From sequence record MW248466.1: a DNA stretch of 64,000 nucleotides, one strand, 5' to 3'. Positions 25,652 through 35,600 of the stretch are shown piece after piece (positions within the stretch are counted from its first letter, which is position 1; every line of letters begins with the position of its first letter). Under the pieces are notes generated by a model. It saw nothing but the letters and a program-made list of their open reading frames with translations, did no database searches and had not been told where the DNA came from. A program made the position numbers and the translations under genes.

Positions 25652-28648
25652 TTAGTTTCTACCATAAATATAAGAGTTGAGTATCCAAGCATTACCTTTT
25701 TGACCTGGTTTAACTCTTGCACGAATTGCTATAGAAGCTATAGATTGTGCCGGAACACCCATATCTACAATAATTTCTTTATGTTTTGTCTTAGTTACAC
25801 TAGTTGATGTATCTTTAGGTATAGATATAGTTTTATCAAAGAATACTCCATTTTGATCATTAAAAGAGTCCACTTTAATATCAATACCACATTGAGGTGT
25901 AGCATACCAAATACCTATATGCAACCATCTAGTTTCATGTTGACCGTAAAGAGTCATAGCACGTCTAAAATAGCTACCTGTAGTTTTATCACTAAACATA
26001 AATGCGTTACCAACGTTTTTAAATCTAGGAGTACCATTAGACATAAGATCTTGCACACCTGGTTCTGAACGTACATACGCTGTAGTAAATCGAGGCATAC
26101 CGTTATAAACTAGATATCCACCATCTGGACGTTTAATTGTAATTCCACCCTTAACTTCTCCCATAGCATCTAACATTGTTTGAACAACAATATTTTTAGA
26201 CATTAAATTAGTAATAGCGGCTTCTTTAATAGTAGCTCTGCCATTAGAAATTACTACATCACCATCATTAATATCTACCATTTTAGATTTTAATTTAATA
26301 CTATTAGGATCAATATCAAAAGAAGATAATTTGTCATTAGATGAAGATGACATAGTTATACCATCTGCTAAGATAGATAAAGCAGAACCCATTTTTTCCA
26401 TTCTAGTTTTATCAGCATTGTAAGTTTCTTTAGTAACGCTTAAAGCGATATTATTTTCTGTTTGACTAATTCTACTTTCCATATTAGTAATTCTAGCATT
26501 ACTGTCTTTAATAGACGGTTGCCAAGCAGTAGATTTATTACCTTCTTCAACTTTTAATCCTTCAATATCAACAGACATTGGGAAAGTTCCATTTTTATTA
26601 ATAATCATATTAATTAATGTATCAACTGTAAATGAATCATTAGGAATAAATACTACTTCTATTAATGTTAAAGCTGAAGTATCATCAAACGTAATATTAC
26701 GTGAATCTTGACCTTTAGCAACACCGTTAACAAAAGTATTAGTTATAGTTGAATTAGGTATACTAACATCAACGTTAGTTAATGTACCAGTTTTCTTTTC
26801 TAAGTTAAAACTTAATATGTGTTCACGTCTACTTCTAACTTTATCTAATTTAAATTTAATACCTTGACTGTTAGCAGTTAAAGCTGCATTAAGTTCTCCA
26901 TATTCTAAATAATTAGTTTTAGTTAAAGTTGCAGAACCAATTGGTGTAATATTAGCGATACTAATTAAGTTCATACCACCAACTGTAATTTTACCAGCTT
27001 CTGTAACCGCATAACCGTTAGAAATACTGTCAATAGCTTTTTGAATAGCATCTTTAATATTTGATTGAGCTTCATTATATCTCAAGTAGTTAGTATTAAA
27101 TTGAGCTATTTCTTCTTGAGTAGCTACACCATCGCTAATTGTATTAGTTATATCTTGTATCAATATATTATATTTTTCATTAAATAAATCATATTTATTT
27201 TTTAAATCTGTTTTTACTGAATTAGCCATCATTTTATTAGGATAAAGTGTATTAAAGATTTTATCTATCTCAGCTTTATCCTTATCAATAACATTTTTTT
27301 GTTTATCAATAGCAATTCTTTCAGCATTAGAGATAATACCATCTTTAAAAGCTTCAGTAACTGTATCACCTAAACCTACAGCATTCTTTTCGATATTAGT
27401 TATTTTACCATTAATAGTTTTATTATAGTTTTCTAACATATTGTCATAATCTTCAGGAGCTGCTGTCCAGTCAGAAGATACATTACCTCTTTCAACTTTA
27501 ACCCTAGCGATATCAAATGTACCACTTAAACCATTAAGATCAGTATCTACGCCAAGAAGTAATTTAGTATTATTTCTTCCAGTAAGTGTTTGTTCGTATA
27601 CAAATGAATATCTATGCCATTCTTCATCAATATCTAAATACTTTTCAGCAATTGGTGTAGAATAATTACCAGAAGGATCAATGAAGTAACAATAATCAAG
27701 TCTATTAAATGTATCTGATCTAAAATCAAATGAAATAGTATAAGTCTCATTGTATTCTAGTTTAAATCCATTATAACTTTGAGCACCTACTTGACCTTCA
27801 ATACCTTCAGTATTAATTGTAAAATAACTTTTACCGTTACTATCTTGTCCAAAAGTTAAAGCATTTGGTTTTGATGAATTTAAAGTATCTGGTTTTAATA
27901 ACCAATTACCTGAAACTGCTAAAGAATTTTCTAATAAGTTTTTACCACCAATAACAATACCGTCAATTTCAGATTTAGAAACTGTTTGTTCTATTAAGTC
28001 TGCAAATTGAGATATCTGACTTTCAAATTCAGTTACTTTATTATTAACTGTATCTATATCAGCTCTAGTAACTGTATCTTGTAAAACTCTAGCTGTTTGT
28101 TCTCTAAATGACTCTAATTTAGTAATACTATCATTAATTTCATTAAGAGTATAATCAGTAGCTATACTCTTAATTGATTCTGCAGTTTGTTCTACTTTAG
28201 TACTTAAATATTGTATAGATGATTCATACTTATTAACTTTAGACATTGTTACTGATAGAGATTCCTCATTAGATGAAACTCTTCCGTTTAAAGAATCTAG
28301 ATTACCTTTAATATCAGAATCCCATCCACCTTCAACAACGCTATCAATATAGTCGATACTTAGTTTTTGGTATTTTCTTAATTCAGTTTTTAATGTATCA
28401 AGTGTAGCATAGTTAGATAAATCTAAATCAATATCGTGACTACCATCTAAATTTCTTAATTTTTCTACTAAATTATCATTTTCTTTATCTAAAGAATCAA
28501 TATTTGTATTTAATACATTAATTCTATTTTTATTATCTTCTGATAGATTTTTAATGCTATCTTGTTCTTGTAATAAAGAATTGAATTTCGATTTAATAGA
28601 ATTTATTTCTTCATTTATTTGAAGAAGATTCTTTTCTTTATCTTCCAT
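25652..28648 (-). CDS. Tail fibre/receptor-binding-like protein (998 aa)
   Basis: Coiled coils, two GGxNL...KVExGN..xxW.xx.xD modules, C-terminal beta-rich domain like Firmicute phage minor tail proteins. Confidence 0.7.
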   Translation of the reverse strand: MEDKEKNLLQINEEINSIKSKFNSLLQEQDSIKNLSEDNKNRINVLNTNIDSLDKENDNLVEKLRNLDGSHDIDLDLSNYATLDTLKTELRKYQKLSIDYIDSVVEGGWDSDIKGNLDSLNGRVSSNEESLSVTMSKVNKYESSIQYLSTKVEQTAESIKSIATDYTLNEINDSITKLESFREQTARVLQDTVTRADIDTVNNKVTEFESQISQFADLIEQTVSKSEIDGIVIGGKNLLENSLAVSGNWLLKPDTLNSSKPNALTFGQDSNGKSYFTINTEGIEGQVGAQSYNGFKLEYNETYTISFDFRSDTFNRLDYCYFIDPSGNYSTPIAEKYLDIDEEWHRYSFVYEQTLTGRNNTKLLLGVDTDLNGLSGTFDIARVKVERGNVSSDWTAAPEDYDNMLENYNKTINGKITNIEKNAVGLGDTVTEAFKDGIISNAERIAIDKQKNVIDKDKAEIDKIFNTLYPNKMMANSVKTDLKNKYDLFNEKYNILIQDITNTISDGVATQEEIAQFNTNYLRYNEAQSNIKDAIQKAIDSISNGYAVTEAGKITVGGMNLISIANITPIGSATLTKTNYLEYGELNAALTANSQGIKFKLDKVRSRREHILSFNLEKKTGTLTNVDVSIPNSTITNTFVNGVAKGQDSRNITFDDTSALTLIEVVFIPNDSFTVDTLINMIINKNGTFPMSVDIEGLKVEEGNKSTAWQPSIKDSNARITNMESRISQTENNIALSVTKETYNADKTRMEKMGSALSILADGITMSSSSNDKLSSFDIDPNSIKLKSKMVDINDGDVVISNGRATIKEAAITNLMSKNIVVQTMLDAMGEVKGGITIKRPDGGYLVYNGMPRFTTAYVRSEPGVQDLMSNGTPRFKNVGNAFMFSDKTTGSYFRRAMTLYGQHETRWLHIGIWYATPQCGIDIKVDSFNDQNGVFFDKTISIPKDTSTSVTKTKHKEIIVDMGVPAQSIASIAIRARVKPGQKGNAWILNSYIYGRN

Positions 28649-28710
28649 TATTAAATTTCACCAAACTTTCATTTTTATTTAAATAATAAGTTGATGTTTT
28701 ATGATTTTAA

Positions 28711-29217
28711 TTAAACGAATAATGAAAGATTGATTGCATTTGTATACGGATCCGATAATTTATATACATAAATATTAGTAATCATTAAGTCTTTCATCTC
28801 AATTTTATTATTTTTCATTAATTCATCTAACTCTGTATCTTCTTTAATAGAATCAAAAATAGCTGGACCAATATATTTTAATACTTCTTTGTCTAACTTA
28901 TCAGCCACATCTTCTTCATATTCTCTTAAATAGATTTCATAATCATCATTACTTCCCTGAAAACTTTGTTTATTTTTAGCATGCAAATCTTTATCATCTA
29001 ATTTAATAACGAATGTCGGTTTTTTAACATCAATATGTTTTTCTGCTGCTTCAGATCTAAATTTAAAGTTTTCTGATTTATTAATAGTATCACGAATAAT
29101 ATCAACTGTATTCTCTAAATCAATATAGTTCATAATATTATTTCTAATTCTCATTATTAACTGCAAATCTCTAATATCTTTTTCTTCATTAACTAATACA
29201 TCTTTATTATTTCTCAT
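28711..29217 (-). CDS. Hypothetical protein
   Basis: ORF track. Confidence 0.7.
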   Translation of the reverse strand: MRNNKDVLVNEEKDIRDLQLIMRIRNNIMNYIDLENTVDIIRDTINKSENFKFRSEAAEKHIDVKKPTFVIKLDDKDLHAKNKQSFQGSNDDYEIYLREYEEDVADKLDKEVLKYIGPAIFDSIKEDTELDELMKNNKIEMKDLMITNIYVYKLSDPYTNAINLSLFV

Positions 29218-29219
29218 TG

Positions 29220-29867
29220 TTATCTATTCCCCATTCTTTTCTCTTTTATTTTTTCTATTAATATTTTATATTTATCTAATAATACTTTATCCATTCTACC
29301 TTTAGATTCTTCTAGATCATCTTTTACATATTTAATATGTATGAATGTTTTATCTTTAAAATCACTAGAATACTTCTTAAGAGAAGTTACTTTAAATATC
29401 TGAGCGTCATCTTTCCAAAACATTTCATTCATAACATCAAATGTAGTTTTTTGGAAATTATCAACATCAGGAGTATTTATTCTCTTAATTAAACCTAAAA
29501 GTTTAAATAGTATAAGCTTTATAGAATCAGTATTATTACAAGGATTTCTTTCTGTAATTAATTCAAATTCAATAGGACTTTCAAAATTATTTTTGATAAT
29601 ATCCTTTATATAATTATCTTTTAATTCTTCTTCCATTCTTTTCTTTAGTTCTTTTTTATATGTGTGTAAAGGATCATAAGTTCTCATTCCACTTTTTCTA
29701 TGTCTAAGATATTGATAAACTTCATGATCTTCTATAGAAATAATAATTTCATTATCATTTACACTTTTATATTCAATATTACAATTTCTAACTTCTTCAA
29801 TTTTATCTAATATCTTTTTAGGTACTTCTTTTTTCTTTTTAGGCATTTTATTCAATTCCTTTAGCAA
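29220..29867 (-). CDS. rusA: RusA-family Holliday junction resolvase
   Basis: TPDVDNFQKTTFDVMNEMFWKDDAQI matches the RusA signature (PDxDNxxK...D......DDxQ). Confidence 0.85.
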   Translation of the reverse strand: MLKELNKMPKKKKEVPKKILDKIEEVRNCNIEYKSVNDNEIIISIEDHEVYQYLRHRKSGMRTYDPLHTYKKELKKRMEEELKDNYIKDIIKNNFESPIEFELITERNPCNNTDSIKLILFKLLGLIKRINTPDVDNFQKTTFDVMNEMFWKDDAQIFKVTSLKKYSSDFKDKTFIHIKYVKDDLEESKGRMDKVLLDKYKILIEKIKEKRMGNR

Positions 29868-29922
29868 AGTGTATATTTATAATAATAACGTTATATGTAT
29901 ATTAAAATTTTTTATAAAATAA

Positions 29923-29954
29923 ACGGTAACATTCAATTTAATGAATGTTACCGT
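29923..29954 (-). terminator. Terminator after the holin gene
   Basis: acggtaacattca/tgaatgttaccgt. Confidence 0.7.
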
Positions 29955-29962
29955 AAAGTATA

Positions 29963-30502
29963 TTAATTTGATTGATCTTCAGCAGATCCTCCACCTAAGA
30001 TTTCAGGATTATAATTAGCATCAGCTCTAACATCTGATTCTATTAATTCTTCATCATCCTCAAAAGAAACTTGTTGTTCTAAATCTTCATCTTCAAATAT
30101 TTCTGGATCCTTTGACAAGTTTGTAGTTTCTTGGTTGCTCTCTTGCTCCAAAAAAGGCTTCACTGGAGGAAGTACCGTCCCATCATAATCTACTGCTTGA
30201 AGAGATTTTTCATTATTTGCAGTAGGTCTACTTTTAACTAAGTTACGTTCAGAGTCAGCTATTCCTTCAGTAGTACTATCTATAAAACGACCAACTAAAC
30301 TAGATATAACACCTGCAACAACTTGAACAATACTTAAAACATTAGTTTCAGTATCACCAGAAACTTCTCCACCGAAAGCACGAATTAAGAAAATAACTAC
30401 GTTGACTAATTGAATTAATAAAGCCGCTGTCCATGCTTTATTTTTAAATCTAACTAATACATTAATGTATTTGTCTGTACCAATTTTTAAATTTTTTTCC
30501 AA
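29963..30502 (-). CDS. Holin (phiLC3/Phage_holin_1-like) with acidic C-terminal extension
   Basis: INVLVRFKNKAWTAALL...two TM helices...DSTTEGIADSER. Confidence 0.8.
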   Translation of the reverse strand: MEKNLKIGTDKYINVLVRFKNKAWTAALLIQLVNVVIFLIRAFGGEVSGDTETNVLSIVQVVAGVISSLVGRFIDSTTEGIADSERNLVKSRPTANNEKSLQAVDYDGTVLPPVKPFLEQESNQETTNLSKDPEIFEDEDLEQQVSFEDDEELIESDVRADANYNPEILGGGSAEDQSN

Positions 30503-30541
30503 TTTAATATTTCTCCTTTTTATTAAAATAAATATTTAAAA

Positions 30542-31102
30542 CTATCCTCCAAATATTCTTCTAAGTATATCTAAGATTACTGAAGGAGCTAATATCAAAG
30601 ACACTATATTGATAAATAAATTTCTTTTAAAAGTTTTATTTTCCTTTTCATCACTATTAGAACCGTCTTCAATCTTCTTAAACTCAATTTCAAAGTCTTC
30701 TATATTAAGTTTACTATCTAAACCCAATCTTAAATCTTGTATATCACTAGTTATTTTTCTTTCAACTTGTTCAACATTTTGATTTAATTCTTGTTTAACA
30801 GATTGTATTTGTGATTCTAATTCATAATGTCTTCTTTTTCTTTCTTCTTCTTCAATTTTTCTATTTTCTCTATCTTCTTTCATTTCTTTTCTGATTTCTT
30901 CAGTATTTTTACCCATGTTTTCAAGTAATACTTCTACACGTACTAAGGTGTTACTTGTTTTTTGACTCTCAGATTTAACTTCGTCTATTTTCTTATCAAA
31001 CTTCTCTTCAATTTCTTCTTTAAGTGAATTATTTGACTTTAGTAATTCTAATTCAGTTATAGATTTACTATTTTCATACAATCTTCTTTTATCTTCTTCC
31101 AT
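30542..31102 (-). CDS. Coiled-coil protein with C-terminal TM helix
   Basis: Long coiled coil ending in a hydrophobic helix; upstream of the holin. Confidence 0.7.
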   Translation of the reverse strand: MEEDKRRLYENSKSITELELLKSNNSLKEEIEEKFDKKIDEVKSESQKTSNTLVRVEVLLENMGKNTEEIRKEMKEDRENRKIEEEERKRRHYELESQIQSVKQELNQNVEQVERKITSDIQDLRLGLDSKLNIEDFEIEFKKIEDGSNSDEKENKTFKRNLFINIVSLILAPSVILDILRRIFGG

Positions 31103-31583
31103 TTATAATAGATTCCATTCTCATTTCAAGAATTGTAAATACCGCAAAGAAGAGATTTAGGAAAGAGATGAAAATTTTTAATATTATGGTAGATTGCATA
31201 CCGGCACTATCTAAAGATAAAATAGCGTATATTAAAAATAGAGCGAAGTTAATAAATGCACCTATAGTCATTAAAGGTTTCGTCATGAAATTATCTAAGA
31301 ATAGGGAAGCAGCTAAAGCCAATCCTCCAATAATTAAAAATACACCATATGTTTTTAAATCCATAAAATTAGAAATAGCCACATAAATATCTGATGTTCT
31401 ATAAGCTTCTCTTGTTCGAAAAACAAATTGAAAGCCGTAAACTAAAGAATAAACAGATAAGAAAATAGGAGTTATATAATATTTAAATTGCTTAAGAAAA
31501 TAATATAATTTGATGACTAAACTATTTGCTTCTTCAACACTTAGATTATCTTCTCTATCATTATTTTTATTATCGCCTGTCAT
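31089..31583 (-). CDS. Four-TM membrane protein in the lysis cluster
   Basis: Four hydrophobic segments. Confidence 0.7.
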   Translation of the reverse strand: MTGDNKNNDREDNLSVEEANSLVIKLYYFLKQFKYYITPIFLSVYSLVYGFQFVFRTREAYRTSDIYVAISNFMDLKTYGVFLIIGGLALAASLFLDNFMTKPLMTIGAFINFALFLIYAILSLDSAGMQSTIILKIFISFLNLFFAVFTILEMRMESIINGRR

Positions 31584-31683
31584 AGTTATTTTTCACATCC
31601 TATTTTTTTATTATAAATCTTTATTATAAATCTTTGTTCCTTTAATAGACTTGATGTGTTCTATAAACTTTGAAGCAAAATAA

Positions 31684-31717
31684 AGTCCCTAACACTCAAT
31701 TAAGAATGTTAGGGACT
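31684..31717 (-). terminator. Terminator hairpin
   Basis: agtccctaaca/tgttagggact. Confidence 0.65.
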
Positions 31718-31855
31718 GTTTGAAGACTTTGCCAAAATTAAAAGAAAAAAGAATAAAGATAGACAAGAACAAAGAAATTGTATGAAAGATATTTATGTAA
31801 ATAACTTTCATATAAATATGTTCTATTTTCTTTATTCAATTGATGTTGATAAGAA

Positions 31856-32194
31856 TTACTGATTAGGTAAAGTTCCACCTTGAGCTGTTGAAGGATTTTC
31901 AGGATCTTCTTCTTGAGGTTCTACTTCTGTAGCTCGACCAATACCTTGAACTTCAGAATCTTCTACTGAATCATCAACAATATGTTCTTCATCAATAGGA
32001 TCTATTTCTTCAACTAATTCTTCGTCTTCAACATCATCACTAGATAATGTTTCTACATCATTTAATTCATTCAAAACTTCTCCAACAAATAATCTCAAAT
32101 TATTACCTTCAGAGACTTCATTTAATTCTAAAACACCTTTAGCTACTAATGTAGCATGAAAAGTTACGATAAAAGATTTTTTATTTAAACTCAT
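31856..32194 (-). CDS. Small tail-associated protein (CD1375/XkdX-like N-terminus, acidic tail)
   Basis: FHATLVAKGVLELNEVS...LRLFVGEVL resembles small proteins found after tail fibre genes. Confidence 0.45.
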   Translation of the reverse strand: MSLNKKSFIVTFHATLVAKGVLELNEVSEGNNLRLFVGEVLNELNDVETLSSDDVEDEELVEEIDPIDEEHIVDDSVEDSEVQGIGRATEVEPQEEDPENPSTAQGGTLPNQ

Positions 32195-32208
32195 AGTTTA
32201 ATTTCCTC

Positions 32209-32571
32209 CTATTTTCTTCCAGCCAATAAAGCAGCTAATTTCTCTTGAAGTTCACGAATTTCTTTTTCTTCAGGAGTTTCTTCTGGTTCTTCTTTCTTAT
32301 TAAAAGTTTGACCTGGTTTTTCAACCAATCTAGGTTTTGAATCGATTGTTTCAACTTTTAATTTTTCCATTTGTTCACGAATATTATGATCTACAATAAA
32401 AATTATAGTTTCTTGAGTAGAGTCATTCATATTATTTATCGAATAACCTGAAAAATAACCTTCTTCATCAATATCTTGCATATTAATAATGAGCCAGAAT
32501 AAATTCTCAATTCTTCTACCTTTTTCATCATACATACTTTCATAAGTTTCAACAATTGCCAAAATAAACAC
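32209..32571 (-). CDS. Hypothetical tail-associated protein
   Basis: Follows the giant tail gene. Confidence 0.65.
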   Translation of the reverse strand: MFILAIVETYESMYDEKGRRIENLFWLIINMQDIDEEGYFSGYSINNMNDSTQETIIFIVDHNIREQMEKLKVETIDSKPRLVEKPGQTFNKKEEPEETPEEKEIRELQEKLAALLAGRK

Positions 32572-32627
32572 TTCCTTTTATAATAAATATTTATAAATAT
32601 AAGTTTATAAATATTATAAATAACTGA

Positions 32628-35600
32628 TTACGTTATCATCTTAATAGCTCTACCTTCATCTGCAAAGTCACTTAATGACATACGAACTATAGAGATTTGA
32701 GCCATTTGTGAAGCACCTGTTGATCCAGTTATAGATAATTGTATTAGTAATGTTTTATTATAATTGTCTGGAGGACCTAAATCAATTGTCGCAACTTTTA
32801 TACTTGTATCCGGTTTAGATGAACCGGATATTCCTATTTCTCTATGCATTTTTATGTTACTATTAGTTTTCCATCCTAAACCGTCACTGAATGTAACGTA
32901 AAGGTTATTTCCTTCTTTTGAAACTGCTTTATAAACAAATTTCAGATATCTTCTATTATGATGATAACTAAAAACATTCAATGTTGCTTTGTCTTTTCCA
33001 GAAGCTTCATCTAATTGTGCATTATCATAACCATATTTATAGACATCTCTAAAAATATTATATGTTCCAGCTCTAGTATCTTCTAAAATTATCGGCCTAA
33101 AGTTTCTTTCATCATTAGCATGAGCAGATCCGCTAACCCAGTTCCAAGTTTTAACTCCAGGCATAGTTGCAACAAAGTTGGTTTCAGATAAGAATAATCC
33201 ATCTACCATCTGGTCAACACCATCTTTTCTAATGGTTAGTCCAGATGAATTTATCTCAACATAATTATCTGTATCCATTGCTGTTTTTGAGATTTTTAAT
33301 TTGTCACCAGAAAATACTACATTCCCTTTGCTATTATATATGGTCATTCTATCAGTGTTGAAATCTATATTATTAGATATCATTTTTATAGATTCTGGGT
33401 TCATTGAAATTTTACTAGACATGGCACCAGTACTGTATTTATCTAAAGATGAAGGTGTCCATGTTTTTAATGTATTTCCCTTTTCTAATTTAGGTAAACC
33501 ATAGTAGAATCTAGTTTCATCAAAGAAGGTTTTATTATGATCATAATTATTATATCTTAATAGAAATCTTACATAGTTAGTTTCTCCGTTATCAGTTGTT
33601 CTTGGTATTTTTGTAGTAAAACTATATCTCTTCCATGTATCAAATACAAATTCACTAGCTGGAATTTCAACTCTACTAATACTAGCATTTGTACTCTGAC
33701 TTGTATTTTCATAACCCGCCATCTCAAAATATATTTTATAAGATAAATATTTTTTTGCAGATGATGGTATATAAATATATACAGATCCTGTAATATAGTC
33801 TCCAATTTCAAAGTTTCCTTCCCTGCCTACAGGTAGATATCCTGATAGAATTGAAGGCCACGTAGAACCAAAATCATTTTGAGTATATTTAAAAACAGAC
33901 TTAACGGAACTATCATCAAATTCCATATCTTCATTTCCATCTACATATTCAACCAATTTAATATTTTCAAATGAAGCATCTATACTTGAATTTTCATCAG
34001 TACCTGATCTAGTTGCATATAATAATAACTGATTAACACCTTCTTCATTTGGCGAAGTGAATTCAATATAATTTCTTTCTCCATCAGTTACTGGAAACTC
34101 TTGTGTGTGTGTTGAAGGCATAACAGGTAAGAATGATCCATCATCAAAAGATGAACCTGTATATGGATATCTATATGGAAATAACGTAACTACTTTTAGT
34201 GTATTTTGTCCTGATAATATATTATAGTCAAATGCTAATTTATATTTTGTATTTTTCTTTAATGGTGAGGACAGACTTATTGTCATTCTTCTGTAATTTC
34301 CACTTGTAGATATATTATTCTTTCTATATCTAGGAGCTAAAGCAATATTATCATCTGTACTTATTGTCATATCACTTTCGTCAGCTATAGAAAATCTAGG
34401 GTATAAAGGTCTATCCGATTTATCTAGACGAATATTTTTGAAAGAAAATTCACCATTTGAGTAGGGTGACACAGATGCTATAATGAGTCTCAATCTATCC
34501 ATTTTAGAAAGATCTGCACTTGTTACTGTGAATGTCGTTTTAAAGAAATTCCATTCTTCAGTTAGATCGCTATCTGCACTGAGAGTATAACTTAATGGAT
34601 TAAGTGTTTCACCTGGTTTGTTTACTCTTAAACTTACAGTTATTGATCCAGTTGGTGTAGTTCTGGATTTTCTGGCTTGGAAACTGAAAGTGTAAGTTCC
34701 TGGATTAATCTTTGAAAGTTTAGGACTTCCTGCTCCATCAGAATAATCTTTGCTAGATGTTTGCCATTGTTTCCATCCTTCATTCGCATTTGATCTTATT
34801 GTCAAATAATCTTTATTTGCGGTAGTTGTATCCGTAGGATATTCTTCACTTGATCCACTAAATGTATATATCCAGTACGGTGAGTCAATTTTTTCTGCAT
34901 AATTTATTTTTAATGATTCATTGTCATCAGCATTGACCCATCCTTCCCATCCATTACGAAGATCAGTATTTATTAATGAATTATCTGCGTTTAAATAAGT
35001 ACTTATTTTATTAACAGATAATTCAATAGAATCTGCTTTTTGATCTATTTTAGAAGAGACAGTAGATATTGAAGTCTCAATATCTTCGGGAGCTGGAGAC
35101 CAATCAGTTGCTTTATTACCTTTTTCTATTTTAATATTAGAAATATAAATATTTGCTTTTGAAGTGGATTCTCTAGTAATATAAAATCTCATATAATTAC
35201 TTTCTTGAGATTTGAATGGAACGCTATATCTAACAATATTATTGGTTAAACTTTTATTAAATTCATTATACCCAAAAATGGATACAAATGGATCAAAATC
35301 AGTAGCATCATCCTTAAGCTTTCTTATTTGTGGATAAATATCTCCTTTTTCACTACCATCTTTATATGCATCAAATGATATAATATAATCCGTATAAGGA
35401 TCAGTTTTAAAAGTTTGAGTCAACCAGTTTTGATTTCCACTATTTTGAAGTGGTGCAAAAGTTCTCCCATCTTTATTAAATTTATCTGTAAAATTACCAA
35501 TCCAGAAAGATTTATCAAAATCTTTAGTACCTCTTAGTATATTTTTTCCACCGACTTGAATATTGTTAATTTGAGAATTAACATCTTCAGGAGCAGGTGT

